Source of the DNA: Flavobacteriales bacterium
GTDB taxonomy: Bacteria; Bacteroidota; Bacteroidia; Flavobacteriales; UBA7312
DNA: 64,000 nt
NCBI GenBank assembly: GCA_037625715.1
Contig: JASJHQ010000078.1
Location: 3,550 to 67,549, forward strand
Reading direction: 5' to 3'
The notes below the pieces were generated by a model. That model had not been told where the DNA came from. It worked only from the letters and a program-made list of their open reading frames with translations, and ran no database searches. This document shows, one piece after another, positions 9,920 through 18,073 of the stretch. Numbering within the stretch: position 1 is the first letter of the stretch; the number at the start of each line of letters is the position of its first letter. Made by a program: the position numbers and the translations under genes.

Positions 9920-11185
9920 TTATAGTTTCCAAGTTGGTTTTTCTACAATTCCTTTAATATCAATTAAGATTAATTCACCATCACTAATTTCTTGGTAAGA
10001 ATTATTTTTAATAGTCTTAAATTGATCATGAGCTACAGCAACAATTATTGCTGAGTACTTCTTATCTGACTTAAATGGATCATTAATGATTCCACTTTTA
10101 TATGTTTTCTTTTCTTCTTCCTTATCTACCCAAGGGTCATAAACATCCACCTTGCAACCAAAATCATTTAGTTCCTCAATAATATCAATAACTTTAGTAT
10201 TTCTAATATCAGGACAGTTTTCTTTAAACGTAAGACCCATTATTAAGATATTTGAATCTTTGATGTTTTTATTTTTATCAACTAAATACTTAATCGTCTT
10301 TTTAGCAATAAAAGCAGACATGCCATTATTAATCTGTCTTGAAGAAAGAATTAAATTAGGCTTGTAACCCATTTTCTCTGCCTTATAAGTCAAATAATAC
10401 GGATCTACACCAATACAATGCCCACCGACTAAACCTGGCTTAAAAGGCAAGAAATTCCATTTTGTTCCAGCAGCATCTAAAACCTCTTGAGATGAGATGC
10501 CCATAGTGTCAAAAATTAAAGCAAGTTCGTTAACTAAAGCAATATTAACATCTCGTTGAGTGTTTTCAATTACTTTAGCAGCTTCAGCAACTTTTATCGA
10601 AGAAGCCATATAAGTGCCGGCTTTAATAATCGTTTTATACAAATCATCAACAACTTTAGCTGTTTCAGGATTTGAACCACTTGTAATTTTTAAGATCTTA
10701 GTAAGTGTTCTTTCCTTATCCCCCGGATTAATTCTTTCAGGACTATATCCACAGAAAAAATCTTTATTAAAAGTAAGGCCAGACACATCCTCCAAAATAG
10801 GTACACACTCTTCTTCAGTTACACCAGGATAAACAGTAGATTCATAAATTACTATATCCCCTTTTTTAAGAACAGAACCAACAGATTTACTCGAAAGTAT
10901 TAAGGGAGTTAAATCAGGTAAATTTTTACTGTTAATAGGAGTAGGAACAGTAATAATATAAATATTACAATCTGTAGTATCTTCTATAGATTCAGTAAAT
11001 GTAAGATGGGTAGAACTTTTAAGATCACTCTCGTCCATTTCTAGTGTTCTATCGTATCCTTTTCGTAATTCATTAATTCTATCCGAATTGATATCAAGAC
11101 CAATAGTTTCAATTTTTTTTCCAAACTCAACGGCTAGAGGAATACCTACATAACCTAATCCTATTACTGCAATTTTATTATCCAT
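9920..11185 (-). CDS. wbpA: UDP-N-acetyl-D-glucosamine (or ManNAc) 6-dehydrogenase (WbpA/TviB-like nucleotide-sugar dehydrogenase)
   Basis: 421 aa. N-terminal KIAVIGLGYVGIPLAVEF Rossmann motif and the catalytic-Cys motif GGHCIGVDPYYL. First gene of the polysaccharide operon. Confidence 0.85.
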   Translation of the reverse strand: MDNKIAVIGLGYVGIPLAVEFGKKIETIGLDINSDRINELRKGYDRTLEMDESDLKSSTHLTFTESIEDTTDCNIYIITVPTPINSKNLPDLTPLILSSKSVGSVLKKGDIVIYESTVYPGVTEEECVPILEDVSGLTFNKDFFCGYSPERINPGDKERTLTKILKITSGSNPETAKVVDDLYKTIIKAGTYMASSIKVAEAAKVIENTQRDVNIALVNELALIFDTMGISSQEVLDAAGTKWNFLPFKPGLVGGHCIGVDPYYLTYKAEKMGYKPNLILSSRQINNGMSAFIAKKTIKYLVDKNKNIKDSNILIMGLTFKENCPDIRNTKVIDIIEELNDFGCKVDVYDPWVDKEEEKKTYKSGIINDPFKSDKKYSAIIVAVAHDQFKTIKNNSYQEISDGELILIDIKGIVEKPTWKL

Positions 11186-11207
11186 ATTTCTACTTGTTGT
11201 ACAGGTG

Positions 11208-11215
11208 CAAAATTA
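11208..11215 (-). promoter_or_regulatory. Candidate Bacteroidota -7 promoter box (TAATTTTG) for the polysaccharide operon
   Basis: Minus-strand TAATTTTG matches the TAnnTTTG consensus, 23 nt upstream of the ATG at 11185 and downstream of the gldN terminator hairpin. Confidence 0.35.
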
Positions 11216-11235
11216 AAAAATTAATTGACACAAAT

Positions 11236-11265
11236 AAAAAAAGTCTTCTAGAGAAGACTTTTTTA
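11236..11265 (-). terminator. Rho-independent terminator after gldN (symmetric, potentially bidirectional)
   Basis: aaaaaaaGTCTTCtagaGAAGACtttttt: a perfect 6-bp GC-containing stem extended by A/T pairing. A T-run follows on the minus strand, 26 nt beyond the gldN stop. Confidence 0.6.
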
Positions 11266-11290
11266 AATATTTATTTATTTGTTGAAGAAA

Positions 11291-12148
11291 TTAGTATTCC
11301 CACAAATCGTGTTCTAAGTTAAATATTTCTTCTTGAATAGCTTCTGCTTCAAGAAGAGCATCAATACCTTCTTTATATTCTGTTATCTTTCTATTGTACT
11401 TATTTGACTCTTTAACTATATAACTATTAAAAAATCTTTTGTGAAAAATATCATCGTATGTTAAACGAGCAGCGTCATTTTTTCTGTGATTAAAGACTTC
11501 TGCTTTTGACAATACAGTCCTAGCTTCAGGAAAGTATACCCAAAACAAAGAAGATTCCCCTCTATAAATACCATTATCATCGTATCTATCCATTACAGGG
11601 CATAAACCAATAATTCTAAAGTCCATTACAGATCTTTGTTTGTCAAAATACCACTCTTCTTTAATCCTGTATTTACGAACGTTAGTTCTAGCAAAAATAT
11701 TGATAATGGTATCAGGCCTGTAGTCTTCTATCTCATCATCGTAAATTTCAGTGATTTCAATTGCTTCACCATCAATACCAATAGAGTTAATATCAGATTG
11801 TGACATAGGAGATTTAAACTCATCATCTTTATAGGCATTACCATAAGCAGTAATAGTACCTTCCTTAACAGCATCCATCAATACATCTATAAGATTTCTT
11901 CTATCGTCAATTTCCTGAATAGGGTAATAAAAAACTTGATTGATTTTTTCTCTTAGGTTAATTACTCTCTCAATCTTAGTAGACCACATTACATCCGCTT
12001 CACGCACATGCTGATAGCCTTGAATCTTCCTATCATCACCACCATCACGAATATCCTTCTTATAAGCTCCATCTAAGATTGTTTGATCTTGAGCGTAAGA
12101 AAACTGAAACATTCCAGCAATTAATGCAAATAAAAATAACTTTTTCAT
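11291..12148 (-). CDS. gldN: Gliding motility / T9SS periplasmic ring protein GldN (PorN)
   Basis: 285 aa with signal peptide MKKLFLFALIAGMFQFSYAQ. It is the fourth gene of the K-L-M-N order, and its size and sequence style are typical of GldN. Confidence 0.85.
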   Translation of the reverse strand: MKKLFLFALIAGMFQFSYAQDQTILDGAYKKDIRDGGDDRKIQGYQHVREADVMWSTKIERVINLREKINQVFYYPIQEIDDRRNLIDVLMDAVKEGTITAYGNAYKDDEFKSPMSQSDINSIGIDGEAIEITEIYDDEIEDYRPDTIINIFARTNVRKYRIKEEWYFDKQRSVMDFRIIGLCPVMDRYDDNGIYRGESSLFWVYFPEARTVLSKAEVFNHRKNDAARLTYDDIFHKRFFNSYIVKESNKYNRKITEYKEGIDALLEAEAIQEEIFNLEHDLWEY

Positions 12149-12160
12149 AAGTGATAAATT

Positions 12161-13798
12161 TTAGTTTATGACAACTTTTATAGTTCCTAAATTACTTTTC
12201 TTTCCAGAAGGTCCTTTAGAAGTAATATTTGATATATAAATTATAGAACCAAATGGTAAATCTTTAACGAATTCTCTCATATCATCAGAAAGTTTATTTC
12301 CTAAAACCTTCTTTGAAACAATTTCACCCTTATAAAGCCCATCAAGTGTAAAACCTACTACCGTATTTTTAATATCGAAATCAAAATCTTTAAGCTGTGC
12401 AATCATCTTGCAATTCTTAGATAAAATTTGATTTTTCTTTATTTTACCATTTTTAGAACCTATCAATTTTGGTTCTGGCTTAGGAACTCTCTTAACTCTA
12501 AACTCCATAGTTCCCATGGTTCTGTTTTTACCCTGAACTTCAGCAGAAACAGTAATTTTAGCTTTCCCTGTAGTTTTAGGAAAAACCTCCCAGCTTCCAC
12601 CAACTTTTTTAATCACTCCGTTATTACAAGAAACTCTAATTTTATCTTTTGAAACACCAGGAACAGATACATCAATAGGATTTCCCATGTCTCCTAATAG
12701 ATAAAGTACATTCATCTTAGTTGGAGATACTACAAAACTTTGTGCTGCAACTTGAAACTCTCCACTAAAAGGGTACATCTTAACCCCCTCATCAGTTTTC
12801 ATTCCAATTAAACCACCCCACTTTTGATATCCTTGCTTACGAGTCTTAAAAGCATATTTACCTTTCCCTCCTTTTACAGGAATTGAATCGTACTTACCAA
12901 TCATTTGGTAAAAGCCATTTTCATCCAATTCGTAATCCCCTACATATATAACAGGATTTTGAGTAGAATCTTTAGCTGCTAAAAAAACATCTGCTTTAAA
13001 ACTATCCCCTACAAAAACATAATTGGAAGGAGCAATCTGAATTGCTTCAGCAGATGTAAACTTTAAAGAACCTGCATCTATTTCTTTCTGCAAATGCTTA
13101 ATTGCATCAGACTCAGCATTTCTAACATCAGCTTGTATTTTCGACAAAAGTGTTATTGCAGCAATGAGGGGCATATCATTAAAATTATAATTTACCCAAG
13201 ATTCTGAAACACCTTTTTTCATTTGAATATCACTAAAATCAAATGTTTTCTCAAGAGAATTACTGATTGACGTACCTTTAGTAAGAGTTAATAAATAATC
13301 TCTGAAATCAACCAAAGATCCTTTAACAAGATTTCCATTACCCCTATTAATCATGATATCACCTGCCTTGTCTCTATCCGATTTCTTCTGAATATCAACC
13401 ATTAAGAGGTTTTTTAAATTATTCGGCAATTCATCATATGGAGTTGTAAGCGGTTCAACTACTCCAGAAAAAGTCACTTTATTATCCGCCGATAAAACAA
13501 TTTCATATTTCAACTTTTGAATAAGAGCAGAAATAGAATCGGATTTAGACTTTACCCTAAAAGCCTTATCCTTCCAAGGACCAGCTTTTGCAGGATTAGT
13601 TTCAGCAGCAATTAAAAATTGATTGTATACCTCTGCATTTTTACTGTTGAAATTCTCAGTTGTTCTAACGATTCCGCCATTCACATTCTGAAATGCATTA
13701 AGAACTTCTTTAGATACATTTAATGCTAACAGAGCTGTTAACACTAAATACATCATTCCGATCATCTTCTGCCTTGGTGATAAATTATTTCCAGCCAT
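12161..13798 (-). CDS. gldM: Gliding motility / T9SS motor-associated protein GldM (PorM)
   Basis: 545 aa. Hallmark N-terminus MAGNNLSPRQKMIGMMYLVLTALLALNVSKEVLNAF (single TM helix), followed by a long periplasmic region. Confidence 0.9.
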   Translation of the reverse strand: MAGNNLSPRQKMIGMMYLVLTALLALNVSKEVLNAFQNVNGGIVRTTENFNSKNAEVYNQFLIAAETNPAKAGPWKDKAFRVKSKSDSISALIQKLKYEIVLSADNKVTFSGVVEPLTTPYDELPNNLKNLLMVDIQKKSDRDKAGDIMINRGNGNLVKGSLVDFRDYLLTLTKGTSISNSLEKTFDFSDIQMKKGVSESWVNYNFNDMPLIAAITLLSKIQADVRNAESDAIKHLQKEIDAGSLKFTSAEAIQIAPSNYVFVGDSFKADVFLAAKDSTQNPVIYVGDYELDENGFYQMIGKYDSIPVKGGKGKYAFKTRKQGYQKWGGLIGMKTDEGVKMYPFSGEFQVAAQSFVVSPTKMNVLYLLGDMGNPIDVSVPGVSKDKIRVSCNNGVIKKVGGSWEVFPKTTGKAKITVSAEVQGKNRTMGTMEFRVKRVPKPEPKLIGSKNGKIKKNQILSKNCKMIAQLKDFDFDIKNTVVGFTLDGLYKGEIVSKKVLGNKLSDDMREFVKDLPFGSIIYISNITSKGPSGKKSNLGTIKVVIN

Positions 13799-13834
13799 AT
13801 TTTATTGTATTCTTGAAAAAAGTAAGGTAAATAA

Positions 13835-14461
13835 TTATTTGTTCATCGCATTTAGCATATTACTATACATGCTATTAAGTGCTTGTAAGTTATCTCCTAA
13901 CTTAGAAATTTCTTTCTGGAATTTTTCAGAGTCACCAACCGAATTACCTAAGTTTTGCATTGTTCTCAATTGCAAATCGTAATAAGTATTCATTTCAGCT
14001 AATTTTCTTGATGCTTCACGCATTTGATCACTATATTCACCAGTTGCAGAAACAGCTTCCATTGATTTACTAACTCCTTCTACTGTCTCATTAAAAGATC
14101 TTAGATTATCACCTAATCTCATAATTAATGCCTGATCAACATTTGCTTTCTCTAGCATATTATCCAATTCCTGAACAGGGGTATTAGCAGTGTTAGCAGA
14201 GGAAGATTTATCTTCAGGATCTTTCATGAATCCCAATTCAGGATAAACTAAACTCCAATCTGGCTCTTCATGTGGCTTCTCAAAAGCAGAAAAGAAGAAA
14301 ATTACAGCTTCAATAGAAAGACCTACAACTAACATACCACCAGCACCAGGCCAGTGCATTAATTTAAACATTGCACCTAAAATTACAACAGATGCACCCC
14401 ATCCGTATAATTTTGCCATTCCATTTTTAAACTTTTTTGAATTTGGATTTAATAATGCCAT
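13835..14461 (-). CDS. gldL: Gliding motility / T9SS motor protein GldL (PorL)
   Basis: 208 aa. Two N-terminal TM helices (YGWGASVVILGAMFKLMHWPGAGGMLVVGLSIEAVIFFFSAFE) followed by a cytoplasmic coiled-coil tail. Confidence 0.9.
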   Translation of the reverse strand: MALLNPNSKKFKNGMAKLYGWGASVVILGAMFKLMHWPGAGGMLVVGLSIEAVIFFFSAFEKPHEEPDWSLVYPELGFMKDPEDKSSSANTANTPVQELDNMLEKANVDQALIMRLGDNLRSFNETVEGVSKSMEAVSATGEYSDQMREASRKLAEMNTYYDLQLRTMQNLGNSVGDSEKFQKEISKLGDNLQALNSMYSNMLNAMNK

Positions 14462-14495
14462 AATTTGAACTTGTTATTGTTTTAATTGTTGTTTT

Positions 14496-15797
14496 TTATC
14501 TAAAGTCTTGTTTATCTCTACCTAGGAAAGAAATTACATTTCTAAAGCCTATGTAAGATTTTGCAGTATCCTGAAACTCGTAATCTCTAGTTCCTACCTG
14601 TATGTAATGAGAAATATCTTTCCAAGAACCACCTCTAATAGCTTTTCTTTTCAATATCTCTGGATCTGAATCATCTGCATCATATTTAAAGTCAAGGTTT
14701 AAATCATGAGCAAAACTGAACGCAGTCTCATCGTATGCGTTATCAGTCCATTCAGCTACATTACCAGACATATCATATAGACCAAAGTTATTTGGATTGT
14801 ATGATGCAACCTTTACTGTTCTTATACCACCATCAGCAGTATAATTTCCTCTTCGCGGTTTAAAGTTAGCCAAGAAACAACCTGCGTCGTTTGTTGTGTA
14901 AGGTCCACCCCAAGGATAAGGAGAAAGATCTAAACCACCTCTAGCAGCATACTCCCACTCTGACTCTGTTGGTAATCTAAACTCATCATGTAGTGGTTCT
15001 TCTCTTTCGATCAAATAATTATCTAAGATCATTGTTCTCCACTTTGAAAATGCAACTGCTTGCTTCCAATTTACACCAACAACTGGGTAGTTGTCGAAAG
15101 ATGGGTGATGAAAATAGTTCCTAGACCATGGATCGTTATAAGAATAAGCATAATCGTGAGTCCAAACTAAAGTATCTGGAAAAATGTTAATCCCTTTTTC
15201 GTTAACTTCAAGGAAACCCGATCTATCTTCTAAACCTTCTGGTCTATTTACACGAGCAGATGCTCTTTTGATGTCTAAAGTTTCATAAACGAAATTATAT
15301 TTTCTAGTATCAAATTCTCTTCTACTGTAAAATCTTTCGTGACCTGGAAGATACATTTCTTCTTCAAGAACCTCTCTAACCTCAGCATCCTCCCAACGAA
15401 TTGTTCTTGACCAATCTAATCTTGGTGGCTCTATAAAATTACCATATTCATCTTCTTCGATAAACTCATAACCTGGAACACCATTCTCTCCCAGAAATCT
15501 TCTAGCAATCGAATCTCTCACCCAAACAACAAATTGTCTGTATTCGTTATTAGTAATTTCAGTATCATCGATATAAAAGGCTGCAACAGAAACTGTCTTG
15601 TGCTGTGTAACATGAGCGTAAGGGACGTCTTGATCACCAGGACCCATATTAAAACTTCCTTGAGGAATAAACACCATTCCGTAAGGATCAGTAGGGTTCC
15701 ATAATGGTCTATTTTGTACTCCAATCAACTCTCCATTACCTGAAGAACAGCTTATAAGTACCGTCGCAATTAAAGCGAAAAAGATTAAATTTCTCAT
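14496..15797 (-). CDS. gldK: Gliding motility / T9SS lipoprotein GldK (PorK), FGE-sulfatase (SUMF1) fold
   Basis: 433 aa. Lipoprotein signal MRNLIFFALIATVLISCSSG. FGE-like motifs GLYDMSGNVAEWT and RGGSWKD. Confidence 0.9.
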   Translation of the reverse strand: MRNLIFFALIATVLISCSSGNGELIGVQNRPLWNPTDPYGMVFIPQGSFNMGPGDQDVPYAHVTQHKTVSVAAFYIDDTEITNNEYRQFVVWVRDSIARRFLGENGVPGYEFIEEDEYGNFIEPPRLDWSRTIRWEDAEVREVLEEEMYLPGHERFYSRREFDTRKYNFVYETLDIKRASARVNRPEGLEDRSGFLEVNEKGINIFPDTLVWTHDYAYSYNDPWSRNYFHHPSFDNYPVVGVNWKQAVAFSKWRTMILDNYLIEREEPLHDEFRLPTESEWEYAARGGLDLSPYPWGGPYTTNDAGCFLANFKPRRGNYTADGGIRTVKVASYNPNNFGLYDMSGNVAEWTDNAYDETAFSFAHDLNLDFKYDADDSDPEILKRKAIRGGSWKDISHYIQVGTRDYEFQDTAKSYIGFRNVISFLGRDKQDFR

Positions 15798-15892
15798 ATT
15801 TACAATATTTACCCTAAATAGGGAATTAATTTGTATTAATTAAGCCACAAAATCACCACCTAATAAAAGATGATGATTAAGTTGAATTTGCA

Positions 15893-15900
15893 CAAATATA
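15893..15900 (-). promoter_or_regulatory. Candidate -7 promoter box (TATATTTG) upstream of gldK
   Basis: Minus-strand TATATTTG matches TAnnTTTG. It lies in the 109-bp spacer between porP/sprF and gldK, about 95 nt upstream of the gldK ATG. Confidence 0.3.
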
Positions 15901-15906
15901 ATACTT

Positions 15907-16815
15907 TTATAAAAATCTAGGGTTTTTAAACCCTTTAGCTACTTTATTATAATCTAATTTAAAACAATAACCTAGCATAAACTCAAAACTACCTGCCTCA
16001 GAAACCTTCGAAATTGGCAAATCATAAGAAAAACCAAACTTCAAGTCTTGGTTAATATGTGTCCCAAAAAGCAACACAGCACCATAACTAGGCCTGAAAC
16101 TAACGCCACCCCACATCTTTTTATTGTACTCTATCAAAGATGTTAAATCAAGTGTTGTAGTAACTCCTTCTGACTTAATTAGAACAGAAGGCTTTAACTC
16201 TAAATTTGATGATAGTTCATGAACATAACCAGCACTCAAATAATAATGTCTTTTTAAATCAATTATTCCTTTTGTAGCAGTTAAACTTGCTTCATTTAAA
16301 TGTTTTGAAGACAAGCCAACATACATTTTGTCAGATTGATAATACAATCCTAAGCCTAAATCAAGGCCAGCAGCTTTTTCAGTTGTATTAGAAATAGAAG
16401 GGTCATTACCTGTTTCGACAACGAAATTTCCGCCATCAACACCATTTTGCAACATGCCAACTGAAGCTCCTCATCCTAAGTTTCCTTGCGCTAATTCAAT
16501 TCGATAAGCGTACGATAAGTTAATACCAGTAAACTCATATTGGCCTATTCCATCAGTTAAAACATTCAAACCCAAACCACCATGAAGCAATGATACTGGA
16601 GCTTCAACGCTCAGGCTAGTTGTACTCGGGGCACCTTCAAATCCAGCCCATTGCGTTCTATTTAAAGCAGTAGCACATATAGCATTATTACTACCAGCAT
16701 ACCCTGGGTTAGAATACAATTCGTTAAACATATATTGACTAAACTGTGGATCTTGTTGTGCGCTAGCTACAAGCACAAAAAAGAAAAGAAAAGCACCTAA
16801 AAAATATTTTTTCAT
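15907..16815 (-). pseudogene. PorP/SprF-family T9SS outer-membrane beta-barrel gene interrupted by one in-frame TGA (16473-16471)
   Basis: ORFs 16471-16815 (signal peptide + QQDPQFSQYMFN..NPGYAG, the PorP/SprF N-terminal motif) and 15907-16455 (C-terminal barrel ending ..KNPRFL) are in the same frame. They are separated only by TGA and 5 sense codons: ...AQGNLG*GASVGMLQNGVDGG... The joined length of about 302 aa is normal for the family. Confidence 0.75.
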
Positions 16816-16917
16816 AAAAGGAAGTTGTTCTGTAATAATCTACTTACTTCATTAATTGATGGCTAAAATAACTATTTTTTTTTGGAGATGAAATACAAAT
16901 TTCAATTGATGCAATAA

Positions 16918-18072
16918 TTAGTTCACTTTTTGAAATGCCTTCCACCATCTTTCAGGCACATCTCCGTTACTCGCAAGCAAGTAATCTTTGTATGAACATG
17001 GGACAAAACAATTAGGAGACAAATTCAAATTTGAATCAGATAAAATAGGAATTTCCATCCACCATTTGTCGTTATGTTTGTTTTTATAAAAGCAAGTATT
17101 ATACTCGCCATCATGCATAGAAACATGGTATTTAACTAAATTCTCATCATTAGCAGTTATATTTCTCATTTTATGAAAATATCCTTCAAAAAAGCACCAA
17201 ACCATCTGAGCAATTAACTTTGAAGTTTGGTTGTTAATATCCCGAACCCCATTAAAATTATAAATTGCTAATGACTGAAGTTTATGACCTAATGCTGAAT
17301 ACCTCATTAATTGACATATCTCATCCGAACTAAGTCCATTTGGAGACCCATCAACTACTGCGGGTGAATCACTCATTTTTATTGCATTTAAATCTATAGA
17401 TATGAAATTAGCGTCACGTAATACTGGCTCCACTTCTTCTAAATTGGAACGAATTTCTCCTAATCGATGAGCATCAAAAAAAAGCTTGTTCAATAATTCT
17501 ACTTCGGGCCTTGAAACCAAATAAGACTGATAACCAAGATTGCTGAAGTTGAACAACACATTGGGTTGATGGTTGAAAATATGACTCAAATAAGATCTCG
17601 AATTTACACTCTGTTCGTTGATCCCAAGATCAAATCGAGAATCAATAGAAACCATATTGCAAAACTGTTTAGTCTGAACAAATGATCTGTATTGACCAAT
17701 TGTGCAGTCTTGAGAACCACCTATAAATAATGCTAAAAAGCCTCTTTCGTTGCATTCCTGCAAGACGTCTGCTAATAACTGATAAGTATCGGACGGGGAA
17801 GCTCCAAGCTTTAAATCCCCAAGGTCCGCTATACGCAGCCTATTTTCTCCTTGAAAAAGAGAAAATAGTTGAAAACGAATATCATTAAAATCTAACTTTT
17901 CAATTTCAGAATCTAAGCCCCTATTTTCAACAACAGAAAAAATAACGACATCAGCTTCAGATAAGTTTGGAAAATTACCCTGAGTATAAACATCTACTAA
18001 AGCACCTAGTTGACCAGACGTAAATTGGTCTGATTGATGTTCAACAGGATCAAAACTAAGCTCAAACTCCAT
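16918..18072 (-). CDS. Arginase/formiminoglutamase-fold (ureohydrolase family) protein with substituted metal ligands
   Basis: It aligns by eye to the ureohydrolase motifs: GGSQD (for GGDHS), SIDSRFDLG (for DAHxD) and SIDLNAIKMSDSP (for SxDxDxxDP). The start is taken as ATG 18072 (MEFELSF), 1 nt after the topA stop. The track start at 18096 overlaps topA by 23 nt. Confidence 0.6.
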   Translation of the reverse strand: MEFELSFDPVEHQSDQFTSGQLGALVDVYTQGNFPNLSEADVVIFSVVENRGLDSEIEKLDFNDIRFQLFSLFQGENRLRIADLGDLKLGASPSDTYQLLADVLQECNERGFLALFIGGSQDCTIGQYRSFVQTKQFCNMVSIDSRFDLGINEQSVNSRSYLSHIFNHQPNVLFNFSNLGYQSYLVSRPEVELLNKLFFDAHRLGEIRSNLEEVEPVLRDANFISIDLNAIKMSDSPAVVDGSPNGLSSDEICQLMRYSALGHKLQSLAIYNFNGVRDINNQTSKLIAQMVWCFFEGYFHKMRNITANDENLVKYHVSMHDGEYNTCFYKNKHNDKWWMEIPILSDSNLNLSPNCFVPCSYKDYLLASNGDVPERWWKAFQKVN

Positions 18073-18073
18073 T

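Noticed and set aside
16471-16473. Possibility that TGA is recoded (Trp/Gly genetic code, or selenocysteine) rather than a stop in the porP/sprF gene
   Set aside because: TGA clearly terminates conserved genes in this window at their expected C-termini (miaB 22012-22014, fbp 41747-41749, the EBP 23193-23195, and the Wzy-like gene). I saw no convincing SECIS-like hairpin just downstream of the TGA on the minus strand.
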